56,647 nucleotides of DNA from a virus (IMGVR_UViG_3300025759_014178:1-56647); one strand, 5' to 3'. Counted from the stretch's first letter, positions 32,401-37,637 are shown. The notes: generated by a model from the sequence alone, not told the origin. Numbers and translations: made by a program.

Positions 32401-34273
32401 CTGATGGAAAAGCTGATTGCAGATTGTTGCGATAGACATTCCACACTTCGCCAGAATCTCCGTTTGGAAGAACCTTTTCTTCGACCCAGCCTACTTGCTT
32501 CCCATCAAACATGAGCTCAGCAACAGCATTTCCTTTGGCCACAAGCGCACGGCGCTGAGCTAAGTTTCGAGCAGCAGTTTTCTGCTCTCTAACATTTTTC
32601 TCAACTTCAAAAGCGTTATACGATGGATAAGAAGATCCTAAGTAAGGTTGTGGGTCGGGACCTTTTACCGCAGCCTCACTTTGTTGCAGCCAACTTTCTC
32701 GATCTTCAGGAAACGCTTTAACTTCAATGGCCGTTTCATTTACTGGCTTTCCTGATTGCCTATCTGCTTGCGCCAATTCCGCCACACGGTTTTGGGATTT
32801 GACTACTTCATTGTAAGTATCAATTTGACCTTGTTTCCTAGCGCTTAGGATCTCGGCATCAATTTCAAGCTGTTGAAGTTTCTGTTCTTCTGCCCTGATT
32901 TGGTCGTTGGTAATTTGCTGACCGGACAACGTTGTTCCGGCGCCCTGCCTCAATGAATTGACCAAGTTACTCTGCTCTTCGACTGAAGCCATACGGCCCT
33001 GCAACTCTGCATCAGTCGATTCAACTCCGGACCAGATTTCTCGATTTTTAACGCTTAGTTTTGCAGCTTCGACTTGCCTTTTAAAATAAGGAAGTTCCGA
33101 AATTTCATTTGCCGAAACCTCTTCCTTTTTTTCTTTTATGCTTTGATTGGCTGGACCGACTCCTTGATATTCGTCGTGATCGCTTTCAATCCATTTTTCA
33201 AACTCTTCGTCCCGGATGCTTTCCTCGCTTGGGATGTTTCCTTTCCACTGCTCTGTCAGTTTGTTTATCCGAGCACGCTTAGCTTCGGCTTCTGAACGGA
33301 TTGCGCGGTTTTCTTGCTCTCTCCTAAGCTCATCATCGATTAGTGGATTATCTTGATTTTCCGACAGGACCTTGTCAACATAGCTGGGGTCAACCCGCAT
33401 ATTGTAAAGACGCTCTCTTCGAGCCTCGAGCTCAGCGACGTCCTGTTTTGCTTTTTTCTCCTTTGCTCCAAATTTGAAGAACCCGATGTTTTTGTTTGCC
33501 TCTTCAAGTTTGTTAGAAATTTCTTGCTCTTCGTTTTGCAGAATGTTATTAGCGACTGCAATTCGACGTTCGTTATAATCAGTATCCGTCAGTTCTGTTT
33601 TCGCAGCGTCAAATTGAGCTTTATAACCGCTCATGTAGCCTTTAGCCCGATTTTCAAGTTCGGTTCGGCGCTCTTTAATTTTTTCTGCGGTCTCCTCGGC
33701 TTTTTTGGCTTGAAGCTCTGCTTTCCACTCTTCGCCTGAAAGAACAGGCCGCGGAAATCCAGGTCGATCAGGGTCTTCAACATACTCCCGTCCTGTGCGA
33801 GCTTTCTCGAGGTCAGCTATGTTCCATTCCCGTTCTTTTTGGGCCGCCAATTCACTTTTTTGCTCACTTTCAAGCTGAGACTGAATTTCTTTATTTTGTC
33901 TTTCCGCTTCGCGTCGACGGGCTACTTGCTCTTTTTGTCGAGCCGCATCTTCCCGAGCTTGGATTTCAATTTCGTCGCGAAACAAACTCCTAGCGTAAGG
34001 GCTTCGCAGGGCGGTATAGTTGAACCTGTTTGGATCGTAAAATGGCTGAAAAGCCTCAGGGGTCCCAGGAGTGGGTTCTTTTTGCCGCAATTGATTACGC
34101 AAACGCTGGTTTGTAACTTCAGGATCGGGATCTGCTAAAGCGGGGTCAGTCGGGCTTACGACCGGCCGATCTCTAAGTATTTTTGGTCGCAGCCTTTGCC
34201 CCTGAGACGAAGCACTCCCTTGTGGAAGCGCCGGTGTAGGGTTCAGGGCGTCTTCAAGATTTTCGTTACCCAT
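14480..34273 (-). CDS. Giant polyvalent (DarB-like) internal virion/ejection protein, 6,597 aa
   Basis: Uninterrupted ORF adjoining the portal; helical N- and C-terminal regions flank many enzyme motifs (annotated below). Confidence 0.93.
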   Translation of the reverse strand: MGNENLEDALNPTPALPQGSASSQGQRLRPKILRDRPVVSPTDPALADPDPEVTNQRLRNQLRQKEPTPGTPEAFQPFYDPNRFNYTALRSPYARSLFRDEIEIQAREDAARQKEQVARRREAERQNKEIQSQLESEQKSELAAQKEREWNIADLEKARTGREYVEDPDRPGFPRPVLSGEEWKAELQAKKAEETAEKIKERRTELENRAKGYMSGYKAQFDAAKTELTDTDYNERRIAVANNILQNEEQEISNKLEEANKNIGFFKFGAKEKKAKQDVAELEARRERLYNMRVDPSYVDKVLSENQDNPLIDDELRREQENRAIRSEAEAKRARINKLTEQWKGNIPSEESIRDEEFEKWIESDHDEYQGVGPANQSIKEKKEEVSANEISELPYFKRQVEAAKLSVKNREIWSGVESTDAELQGRMASVEEQSNLVNSLRQGAGTTLSGQQITNDQIRAEEQKLQQLEIDAEILSARKQGQIDTYNEVVKSQNRVAELAQADRQSGKPVNETAIEVKAFPEDRESWLQQSEAAVKGPDPQPYLGSSYPSYNAFEVEKNVREQKTAARNLAQRRALVAKGNAVAELMFDGKQVGWVEEKVLPNGDSGEVWNVYRNNLQSAFPSAAGREIKVVEDPRLRLEMGEGIFKTSAFDPFEDYKAPVGVDPEIVTSFLEDTRAVLSGGQASEFAVEELQITPEKIAATSALIEKFKRRNEELFKKSGVQDIFNQVAAGTLDEVEGERLYKQKVDEIYGPGGLGRERNELQDQILGLRNAAFAGGGDFSQVIDLARKAGMSLEQPEALEPFIDEWVKENVSDTPISTDYMEALDEYRKQNGGLVMLDPMTVLDYRDKIMMMLSYEEQLKNRLAEKLFGEVVVGEMAGMYGENIQLVERRDLELSLEQEKKLQDMVREEARREGFNPKGFSDAPIRILSGAVNMFPAKGVLTLGHMMGPGDSINELVRRPSEKYVEHGKEYNIWTEDTIRRAEVGGGKNQQTGEWMPPQKINAVQYRKALEVFQDSQSYKKLSTDAQKQIGKELDYISAVIGEDIENNPLVRWAEAVEEGVQSGTNPLNDRNYFAHGMTGLGSMGGFWAGGLIGRASLLRSGAMRGSNFIRRASPEEKIFRFGPKSSFAGSHPLGLIGFQGAMVNSTEGFRQLEMAAERAAADPDLDFDEQVNIQKSILTMIGYMGLGYTEGLPIERIFKMVDMTKVPPTFWRKFNSALANTLAEGGQEGLVAVGNVTVSELTLPTPGRVEAGGVDYGPDLGRSFVERFNERIAEDGTQIVEETAIGGLMGLGSTIIENLMLGRKFRKAKRRQDVLIDAATRATEAKLEALQGEDAAEAIYENMPDGSAPPTQEEVDEINATYGGSREAAKPGGKSVAVMRKELESATETYGWDSPQTREAEMALTAALALQGQDAGRRMGRQVIATRENAEQLAQIDEDIATAEKQFFEAEKSGGFVAAAEAEKALNELRAQRVRIQQANIATKIAQGRSEYLSDSDWDLVRNGNEELGVGPAIEDFKGVPVVNKEIIEWATENAPAQAALVEMSRDETVKRIEDGRMGELPTPELQETIPLPSDRFAEQERLQQEAQDTPVDETVGQIPDYDPRMFRIGQGQQGPGEAKFRQAGPQIVEDVVRSLGRSFPNLTEQEVANVAYMLMERLAQRTKALEGAFRNVEVMKGMASPAAVTQTGNLRVDPANIIRAALSGIAEGGSIQEAIDFVDGVMAEETTHNIVRWLLRSVGGDERVAEIYEALSQETKDTVGQAYFSYTYDKAMRQDGIDLTSVPIEEWPEQYREMAERMLDPVYMGHEYLNMVIEQARTGQVSVALLPPKNMWDKLLELLESLAEAIGFSLQDPNLDPDIRRQIEDIRDYTIEAMNQIESGALNLFAEEKAPDTIKTPKDRIEYLRESGISLMVAAQYRQTGVSVQELITAADRGLKKAAQKGGQNFAEEAIQAAQQEIENLLDKLKVPAEGRPGTIRPNLIEKILSYNAQSEAEAWRYGEIIKDDIVKTLPTKQRQVMERKGKGFSSTRIGKELGLNLRAVENIAKEAEKTIQQQLDKAAKIRGRNQRTEDLSAPARDVERSSRKIDQPFPTDRFGPDQGAAPRNFPNPRTILTGDDLDTDLYIPTGYKHAKWGEGDKNDLTWTEDPANIRSMDHDPDVDAVITGVFRYGTGVTGMDMLAWLRSELGGDAKIEVADIVADAEGFYQKAVEYELIDDYFPKYSEEYWDDDEVPIQNAALREDPEELTQIWSDSHPLTKNPDGTPVAFYRGHFDDDLFSIPSRPSSFLGPGVYFTNNVGDASAYADYDNHPDGAGEEIQVQLADRIAEEEGLDIETAMLKAQEIMEVEHAPRITPVYLHGKKWFQIMPYEVDQPRWTFEIDYEVDAYKEDALNKLILENEADLRQEYEDALELYPDLGTFENYVKSEKEDEINEAAQEMAFETNYDPRESGEIAELFNGILDELRDSFTAEETLIEFGEIGIAELRDGIQQAKLQLSEYGSMTMTEIAQRVFGLHPMTPESWSRTDSMIPVGPGVGGFLLGLGLRRMGYDGIIMDATTYFPGMDQVNEMDTVHAMVFDAKPVYGMFGGVARKRRDPLQWAAKRAGFEEVKPLITSKKSDIIDVARGKIYSQDMGTVIVRELLQNSLDAIRPQIAKGQRPQDQKVTLFLDPENRVIEVTDTGHGMPPEVVASALVDITKSFKETDGAGGYGLAKAVIFGNSKQFEVETVYQERDGSWSKTIMTGDAQNWENTINEDPNGVRILTERNFEPSEALEPEEVKIESEWFNQTNAELTGKYLPTGNAFPEGIRFKHAGYQVRLEVSPELIPNLPEVFQNEESIEEIASIINDEESQISGYLDDWVRSWVGDDRYHGSADALKSSVAEYRSYIENQIDVFADVDQKFIDRFSAFTKDSNASGLSDISRTFKGLIGQLPPPLQKKIYDHWAEKFPEAGLRPLNQEPVSVDEEWNGVVLKGYFNKGDDFAGFIGRSPEQAYFSNFGFSVAEEDIKLGEALKKYLSSEMEDSVYVTGKPTTYTRVRSTIDDSVQFDFSMAEKTFELISENDTTGTEFEIGTTGAGLSVDDLTEKTPEGRKAIKRLKNTSQDLEFIKQVNALEANYKIYRSENLVSSNRLVIQVLNRGIWQFSTIADITAQVQLPEKLVIDVHPNVDATHDDYPFTAGRDNFHGVAIGRNESFYKNYEQDAMVSKNKALKSRWDASPTMTLPSVRNIRVVDVSGSNSELAQEIVNHEPSNQLFAKMAATFKRVQTVLMDNGFDAAEKGDLVAWNIGQDAIGVNYKTKVHVGEQDLNVIGEKEYAISLDPSIILNRSIENSKRLGLDQYGTIVRKFATDSVTTMLHEITHNGGFGDASENYTYQLTENVSRMALENLNIIDELADDLETIFTETDLQQFLQRVDSQQDQNDSHDYAVFIQGTPTGRDGANFRLGSNVDIAPGSRVDQESSQVGSEVDTEATERTQSAQQSLPDLQAAARRQSINRRPDAFGNTRDRAGRLIEVSGDIQWPKGSGPNGGWNVLSLFDGIAAGRQALKNLAVPVDNYYGSEIEKSAIAIAKHNHPDIQELGDVTKVTGDEIPKIDLLWGGSPCQGFSRAGKRKGMEDPRSKLFWDYVRLWKKTAPRFFLLENVRMKPEDEAIITRALGVAPIRINGNLLTGANRDRLYWTNISVTQPMDIGVELKHVIQPRASKDLLWNRAKVDAFMSKPKANGTIRWNNSNHSDVRRPKAMALVKSMDKGYPKNLLVDKQGQYRKFSMAETARLMGLPDEYLSDVPDVANGNKYAGAGNSWAVPVIEHILQHAATQPKGLQASAQRFEADQLARSEYQMHAIRKSGALVHLSKHPDTMWHVEVGRPERQVIGMFDNPKEATAALSIWAVSKDLKRGDTIRSIDHGGRSFEVISTDNYKLQARDQMTGQEGELDFTKVFRTRPKRQNAAQREMQTWPMNFPMVQSHSTLVALKGKKGSEKEARHERAKKGDLDAAMEIVTEVMKPEKAQELASLYPGAVLATPNSRENNFTNAIPEAMAAWISHTTGMPMEESLHEVGQANHTKANAWERLFRVPQYGGEIDPTKEYVLVDDVSTSGSTFNSMRSYIQEQGGTVVASVAIASPNSPQNGPGWVLQPTSEALTYIDDYYREGEIGGIEAVSELLSKHALSPVATLTNSQIWLLAGGKPNRKKPVEWTLKDLDRRLEAGRKAEEDRQIENRAQGAARRSIDLWGKPKQRFSSKDTARGNAGGIPAGYRYLSDKGLIKPGQKVLDIGTGPFRYADSAVEEMGAQFYSYDPQWEERSDDVKKALAEAIDGKSDVVVTNNVLNLIPEKTNQRRLILQAENALKPGGKFYVTIYRAPEKGQVGDRDQFQVGESLNYYRGLIETVFGKGNVIRDGEVLIALKEPTAEQWFKHTTGRAGDQSAASRPVVYEENGIQVKDMGDDVYRAYVGRNLAGQLALHSRGWDERGRRMSYKTFVKPEFRRRGVATAMYRAAESNLEEPLYPSGTLSDEGFKFWLGFRPDALPAKDLRRIQKDLVGKRVTSPSDNNQPGTIKAAGGVGENSIVVIEFDSPIDDRNSTTSAVAAREVADQLPQIAEFLDSPTGEQGAAPRDIASRISSKQDADYLAAVESGDMETAQRMVDEAAMAAGYWRRNDYMAKWAFKKIGITPNQIKNLQNAEKLDEKTEKQFARWNAPQAISFDGSMEEATGRYGNISTYTSVTGASLFTRYSLEVGGEARGFIIVSSDNPGSRPSGRPPKIFAMYVAPEFRGDGVSTKLVDFALNHQGSLDSDWMVSKDAAKRYSTYLERGFIKSADPVTRDADGNVIPLSQRFNPKSDLLQEAAQRQFPAQRSSGSSGFNSVSSIHDASRIGTAKQGNKIPSQEDIVTRERVAPEHLEKQMGMMTHFTLPRYDRIAKKIKGIEVPLPRYFSDKRLTAETRAKRLHDFFVENLLFLHDLYDTIPNGEKLRQRASLWYDGARILADNAASDYGVTAEQAAGVFATLSPGKDWFQNVQMGHNLMDVWQNHMDRPIRKADAKDPKSFALYESVPEELAYAEGKTLRDLLTEATKDKKVKSDFYWAFRFLTGEVHGLNYKTIYPEGRVGGIAQTKAGQPAGMGWQAASGVWNAFSVLQDGSLENISASISNDHKVRNFYNNIIAPNNGYGDGTIDTHHVAAAFMFPLAQKDYQVGVNFGSSSGFNLPDGTTTSTSGSAGNGLTGLYWAHLEALRDAAAQRGIQPRQMQSITWEMIRQIFAGKGPKMVAEVAELWDNNKSSTDFSNVRSALTANFTPSFAWDDGSGDGPNPSGDRGPSGDPRGDGDPEGPGGQSGGGIPPSVSGPSGGRLSQFAAARDSAFPESVDQSIYFHGGDRISGSGRPDTGLVFVGPIELASDYGDPVPVWVDIRNPLDPTGEAGAALKSYLQDNVESVRDILADVLGIRRRALRGIPQVGEPSQTQLELADEMDRQGFAIDKDFEVITGPYTVPEWIDQSVDLAHWGLLETPLVANWSRSQGYDAILVDEEGSGRPKTVALLPSQVAEVKGLGDLEIAERVFQGAAQRDIGNLDEEGSIDDEAVDAARVLSEEVGSLADFISDLQERKKEVEGEVQTAVPRLANISDDENVRAAHSVVQWAYDREREKLSEPDMMAEGRRMADQTPAAVENAILEAGSNRTSLGSAEMVYAAKIVLSRAWRDATASEDPQAISRARLLSHAYQRTRTEVARELAAGRDPSKTPAERHAEMIASFLGFSEHTASEERRIRDLAMNPQRQDRIKEVHKLISEAKSPEEANRYKNELKTLREEIKAAEVDAEIQQKRMETAKNVLGTYGVTLRDIFNGDRIRASRQAPAVKAAIDRMRSEVGKDAAKMILNRQPNKKIQKKLGITEEKIRKFEEDFRKALRLEFGKATQQMAQRDEQSLSDEFVLVPEDVRNANQFHGEESGQFDIAKPEHAVWAARTLATVFNGNIYNAINEFWINSILSGPQTQAINVFSNSLNLGWDKTIQTGLESIFNQIIPGDKAQGAQYGDIRRFWKGFSKGIAPAWRNAVSSFKNDGLDFFESWAMQEPVSQFDASKVESAYLPSIQGRKGRIIRMPGNALQAMDTLFKTSIAMGEVAVQAYRIANAQVQVGDLRQDQMESRIEELMEHGSPAWILAIGKAKELTFTKEFRADPEASKREQWMSMVQKFRNAKIQKAEQSMIKMGLSFLFPFIRTPYRIFEIGLRKAPITGTANLFYKVIKSGIATYGPEGKMSFNANYGEAGRSELIRDITEQGIASVVMTILFGAAEGDEDDEDKNLLIVGSRPYAPGGHSDRQLADRLYGSSTIIRIGGRNGIHIDYGRYEPISTVLASTVDMIREFKKNPNTDGQTWLVNFAGSLANQAQEKTFLQGIRTVADTISMGNDMINRNPEKAEEQIAKSIKDFLRGFVPNLIRQPLRQLDPVPRDRSGYLYSLTNVGAFGLPKHDLYGRDLEKTLVGPARLLVRTPYAAADLHKGDAFLSSLSIKRPDLISTFPTSWGGSTTNKFKNSVGEWEDMTDEQRNAFSKLAGQKFSVKVNQWANPLKISRPTEDDLKDFKALLSEARREAKDQLFINGRYIGPTR
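17615..18235 (-). other. Module of the giant protein: second ADP-ribosyltransferase-like domain (aa ~5347-5553)
   Basis: YFHGG...GLVFVGPIELASDYG..VPVWVDIRNPLD...GYDAILVDEE. Confidence 0.55.
18236..19750 (-). other. Module: alpha-helical DNA glycosylase-like domain (aa ~4842-5346)
   Basis: ASLWYDGA, AAGVFATLSP..DW.QNV, HKVRNFYNNI, TIDTHH, QMQSITW. Confidence 0.55.
19751..20452 (-). other. Module: GNAT acetyltransferase in a conserved frame (aa ~4608-4841)
   Basis: YVAPEFRGDGVSTKLV acetyl-CoA motif. Confidence 0.7.
20453..21007 (-). other. Module: GNAT acetyltransferase (aa ~4423-4607)
   Basis: FVKPEFRRRGVATAMY...LSDEGFKFW. Confidence 0.8.
21008..21613 (-). other. Module: class I SAM-dependent methyltransferase (aa ~4221-4422)
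   Basis: KVLDIGTG, YSYDP, DVVVTNNVLNLI, LKPGG. Confidence 0.8.
21614..22438 (-). other. Module: type I phosphoribosyltransferase-like domain (aa ~3946-4220)
   Basis: PRPP-binding loop YVLVDDVSTSGSTF. Confidence 0.8.
22811..23815 (-). other. Module: C5-cytosine DNA methyltransferase (aa ~3487-3821)
   Basis: Motif I VLSLFDGI, IV GGSPCQ, VI LLENV, VIII RDRLYW, IX ARLMGLP, X AGNSWAV. Confidence 0.92.
23816..26473 (-). other. Module: GHKL (Hsp90/MORC-like) ATPase with C-terminal HExxH (aa ~2601-3486)
   Basis: RELLQNSLDA, DTGHGM, GGYGLAK; MLHEITH at 24188-24202. Confidence 0.8.
26474..27559 (-). other. Module: ADP-ribosyltransferase (polyvalent-protein type) (aa ~2239-2600)
   Basis: NPDGTPVAFYRG, LGPGVYFTNNVGDASAYA, ITPVYL, GYDGII, AMVFD. 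Confidence 0.75.
28085..28560 (-). other. Domain: sigma-70-like regions 2 and 4 (aa ~1905-2062)
   Basis: VAAQYRQTGVSVQELITAADRGLKKAAQK..NFAEEA resembles region 2; TLPTKQRQVM..GFSSTRIGKELGLNLRAVENI resembles the region 4 HTH. Confidence 0.6.
28640..29300 (-). other. Domain: zincin/MPTase-like metallopeptidase with variant motif
   Basis: LRVDP strand, VMAEETTH (HExxH variant) and downstream HEYL helix. Confidence 0.45.
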
Positions 34274-34287
34274 AACGGTGCTGTCGC

Positions 34288-35634
34288 TTACCGGCGAACG
34301 CTGTTCTGATCGCGAAACATTTTTCGATCGATCTGATTAGACTTAGCTTGGGAGACCCTTCGCGCATCAGAGGCGGCTCTTGACCCCGCATCCAAAAGCT
34401 CTTTTGCCATTCCTTTGGCGCCCCGTCCCTGTAGACCTGTTTCGTAAATGCCTTCATATCCAGGAACCTTGTCAGTGGAAAAAGCTTCTTTACTAGTCAT
34501 TGGCACGCCAGACCTAGTCTCAAACATCTCGTAGGCGCTGGGTTTATAGGGTTCGATTCCTCGGCTTGCTTGCGCGTATCCACCTCCATACTGAGCAGGG
34601 ATCTCCATAGTTCTAATTTCAGGGCCAGTCCTTTGGGTGGCCCTACCCATTGCAGAATTTTCCATGAAATTCCCAGCGGCTATTTTGCGCTCTTCCATCG
34701 GGAGCGACTTATCGTATGCGTCTCTTGCGGCCGCGTTTGCTTTGCCGGCGTATTCTCGAGCTTCTTTGTTGTAAAGCCGCGTAATACCCTTTTTATCGGT
34801 CGCAGAGCCATATTCCTCAATGTCCTTTTGAGTCTGCATACGATCGGCTACTTGAGCCAGCTTCTTTTCTCTTACCGCTACGGCGCCTTGCGCGGCGGCC
34901 TTGTTAGCATCCTGTCGGTCAAAAAAGCGGTAATGGTCTTCTCTTTCACGACGCTCGGCTTCTTTTCGAAGTTGAAAATTGTCAGTCCCAAGAGAACTAG
35001 ATGGTTTGAATCCGGATGCGGTGGTGGAAAAATCTCTGTAGGGGTTCACTCGGTTTGGATCTAAGTCTTGGGGTTGGCCGTATTTCGAATAACCAAATTT
35101 TGGTCGAATAGGGTTACCGCTTTCATCGACCCTGGAAATGCCAGTGTTTGCGGCGGCCATGTCCGGCTCACGATTTACCTTCTGATCCTGAACTGACTGG
35201 AAAGCTTCAGGCATAGTCATCCCTTTGAATGGACCTTTTTTATATGTCATATTTCCAGCCGGACCACTTGTGTAACCAGATTGATTAAATTGTCTATCAG
35301 CTAGTTGTTCGGGACTGCCTTCGTAAGGGTCCGGCGCTGGCACAGGTTGACGCCTAACGCTTTGCGGGGCATTCGAGCCGTTGTCGCCATCGGTCGGCGT
35401 TCGAGACTGCAAATTGCTGTCGCTGTAATCGGCCTTGCCCATTTGGGCATTTTTCTTGGCACCATAACCCGCTACGGGTTGAGCAGTTCTTCCTACTCCC
35501 CGCAAAGCTCTTTGAGTTTTTTGAGTTTGCGGACTGTTGAAACCATTAATGAACCTACTGTATGGATCATCCGCTTCATTTAAAAATCCTTGTGCGGATT
35601 GGTTAAAGCCGGGCATGTTGTATTGCATCGCCAT
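34288..35634 (-). CDS. Putative ejection / internal virion protein (start probably 35634)
   Basis: Low-complexity Gly/Ala/Gln/Met-rich ORF directly upstream of the giant gene; start inferred from the conserved motif. Confidence 0.7.
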   Translation of the reverse strand: MAMQYNMPGFNQSAQGFLNEADDPYSRFINGFNSPQTQKTQRALRGVGRTAQPVAGYGAKKNAQMGKADYSDSNLQSRTPTDGDNGSNAPQSVRRQPVPAPDPYEGSPEQLADRQFNQSGYTSGPAGNMTYKKGPFKGMTMPEAFQSVQDQKVNREPDMAAANTGISRVDESGNPIRPKFGYSKYGQPQDLDPNRVNPYRDFSTTASGFKPSSSLGTDNFQLRKEAERREREDHYRFFDRQDANKAAAQGAVAVREKKLAQVADRMQTQKDIEEYGSATDKKGITRLYNKEAREYAGKANAAARDAYDKSLPMEERKIAAGNFMENSAMGRATQRTGPEIRTMEIPAQYGGGYAQASRGIEPYKPSAYEMFETRSGVPMTSKEAFSTDKVPGYEGIYETGLQGRGAKGMAKELLDAGSRAASDARRVSQAKSNQIDRKMFRDQNSVRR

Positions 35635-35643
35635 ACCCTCTTT

Positions 35644-35668
35644 CTGAGTGGTGATGGCCAAATGTCAA
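35644..35668 (-). promoter_or_regulatory. Putative late promoter TTGAC-N14-ACTCAG (copy 2)
   Basis: TTGAC 35668-35664, ACTCAG 35649-35644, 9 nt to ATG 35634. Confidence 0.7.
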
Positions 35669-35713
35669 CTGCGTTATTTCACAACAGGCTATAGCAGGAC
35701 AATATTTTGAAAC

Positions 35714-36067
35714 TCACGAGATGCCGTTGCGGTCACGCGACCAAATTTTAAGGCTATGTTTTTCAGCCTCTTTTCGCATTGAAGCAGTTCCAGCGCCACC
35801 AGGAAAAACAATTAACGCATCAGATTCTTTGGCCATCTTTCGATTTCTAATTGGTCCCGCAGCCCTGCCATGCTTTTTCCATTCGGCGGGATACAGTTCA
35901 ACCGGGATTCCGTTTTGATTTGCCCAAGCTTCGCCGAAACGGTCTGCTCCGCTTGCACCGCCAGACAATATAGTTGTGATGTTGTGCTTTTCGTTTAGTC
36001 GATCAAGCCAATCTGAATCCTCGGGCTTGTGTTGAAAGTTCCGCCCTCCTGCAATGACCACTCTCAT
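35714..36067 (-). CDS. DUF2493 / YspA-like SLOG-family protein
   Basis: MRVVIAGGRNF, SGGASGAD, AEWKKHGRAAGPIRN, FPGGAGTASM. Confidence 0.9.
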   Translation of the reverse strand: MRVVIAGGRNFQHKPEDSDWLDRLNEKHNITTILSGGASGADRFGEAWANQNGIPVELYPAEWKKHGRAAGPIRNRKMAKESDALIVFPGGAGTASMRKEAEKHSLKIWSRDRNGIS

Positions 36068-36279
36068 GCGGCGTCCTCCTCCATTTCATCATGCCAAGTT
36101 TTAGGCTCTCGGCTCATAAGCTTAGCTGCGTGCGCCGCCACTCCCTCATGACTAAACCGGTAAGCGTGACAGTGTGGACAAATAGCAACGTGGCGAGTTA
36201 CGATTGAACTGCACCCATGGCAAATTTTGTAAGCGCTGCTGTTATTGATGATTTTTAAACCTTGTTCTTGTCGATTCAT
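36064..36279 (-). CDS. Small zinc-ribbon protein
   Basis: CHGC...CPHC; ATGA-coupled to the SLOG gene. Confidence 0.7.
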   Translation of the reverse strand: MNRQEQGLKIINNSSAYKICHGCSSIVTRHVAICPHCHAYRFSHEGVAAHAAKLMSREPKTWHDEMEEDAA

Positions 36280-36374
36280 TTCTAAAGAAGAAAGCTTAAT
36301 TCCACGGTTTTGTGAATCAAGTCAAAACCCAAATTTCTTGTCTGCCCCCCCCCAAAGAAAAAAGAGGGTAACGT

Positions 36375-36530
36375 ATTGTTCTGTCCTGTTCTGTCCTGTC
36401 CCGTCTTGTACTGTTATGTAGGTGGAGACAAATCTATCGGGCTCGGAGTCCACTCGGAGTCGGCTCGGATTTCGGGAAGGTAACGGTTCGCAAACCAGTC
36501 CGCAGGTACGTCCGCAAATCGTCCGCTTAA
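36375..36530. repeat. Intergenic origin-like repeat cluster
   Basis: (tgttc/tgtcc)n tract; ctcgga at 36442, 36453, 36464 (11-bp period); gtccgc at 36498, 36510, 36521. Confidence 0.65.
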
Positions 36531-36615
36531 ATAGAAACTTCTTAAATACAACCCCTGAATAACGACCGGATAGTCATGCTACATGCAATTTCCGACAGTG
36601 CATCTCAACCTGAGC

Positions 36616-37365
36616 TCACTTGAGGTAGCCGGCAATCGAGCCCGTGATTTTTGCGTTCGAGTGCTCAATTGCACACCGCAAAATCATGATCGATCCCTCA
36701 CTCATTCCAGGTAGGGCTGAAATTGGAATGATGGCTGAAGATTGTTTGCCATGCACGTCGAATGTTTCATACCAAATTCCTGTAGCAGGATTGTATTGGT
36801 AAAATTGGAAATTCAAATTTTGTGTGGCGTCGTCGTTAAAAATCGTAAGCTGGTCGCAAACAAAAGATTTCCCAGCAGGCACTGCAACAGCGCAAAACGC
36901 GCTGACGTTTGTGCCTAGCTCAATATTGATCAAGGGCGCCGCCGGAACTCCAGCAGTAAAGGTGCCTGTCCCGGACCAAATAGATCCAACATTGGAACCT
37001 CCTGTGCCAACTTCAATTACCTCCAATTTGGTCACGATGTAAAAAGTCCCAGATGTGGCAACGGCTGTTTGACCATTCAGGTTTACATTTTCAATCAAGA
37101 CCTCGAGGTTCTCGTCTAGCCCAGTGACTTGGACAACCCAGGCCCCTGTTCCGCTTGTCAAAACATCATCTCCACTTGTAGAAGCAATTTTGACCTGAGC
37201 TGGTGTTGCAATTAAAGATTGAATGTTCGCAGTGATGTCGGCGACATCTGTGCCTGAAAACAAGGGCCGTAAATCTGTGGTGACGCTGTGCGTGTTACCA
37301 ATCGCAACAATTTTCCCAATTCTGTCAGAGACAGTTGGGATCCTGCGAATAAAAGTGCTCATCAA
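36616..37365 (-). CDS. Putative virion structural protein
   Basis: IASTSGDD...GTGAWVVQVTGLD...ENVNLNGQTAV.T pattern I recognise from phage structural proteins; beta-rich. Confidence 0.65.
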   Translation of the reverse strand: MMSTFIRRIPTVSDRIGKIVAIGNTHSVTTDLRPLFSGTDVADITANIQSLIATPAQVKIASTSGDDVLTSGTGAWVVQVTGLDENLEVLIENVNLNGQTAVATSGTFYIVTKLEVIEVGTGGSNVGSIWSGTGTFTAGVPAAPLINIELGTNVSAFCAVAVPAGKSFVCDQLTIFNDDATQNLNFQFYQYNPATGIWYETFDVHGKQSSAIIPISALPGMSEGSIMILRCAIEHSNAKITGSIAGYLK

Positions 37366-37637
37366 ACGCGCTTGCTTGCGCCAGTGTTAAAACCAGCTCC
37401 GCGTTGTTCTCGGACCCCAAAAGTAAACTCGAGGGTAGTTGGCACGGTGCAGTCGTAATCAAACTGAATCTGATCTCCAATATCAACAGCGGTGAATGTA
37501 ATTGATTCGCCGGACGCTAGAGATTTACCAGCAACTGTTCCGGCACTGGCGCCAGTGTTCTCAACCAATACGGTGACGCCTCCACGCCAGGTTCCCGATT
37601 CATTGGTCTTAGTCTCAGTTTTGTGAACTTGCCTCAT
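37362..37637 (-). CDS. Small putative virion protein
   Basis: Beta-rich ORF coupled to the next gene, preceded by the late-promoter motif. Confidence 0.65.
   Translation of the reverse strand: MRQVHKTETKTNESGTWRGGVTVLVENTGASAGTVAGKSLASGESITFTAVDIGDQIQFDYDCTVPTTLEFTFGVREQRGAGFNTGASKRV

Noticed and set aside
14619-34138. Dozens of 60-230-aa ORFs nested in or antisense to the giant gene
   Set aside because: No motifs; expected stop-poor antisense frames of a long coding sequence
14480-34273. Inteins as the explanation for the giant size
   Set aside because: No C/S...HN-C/S/T splice junctions or LAGLIDADG motifs seen
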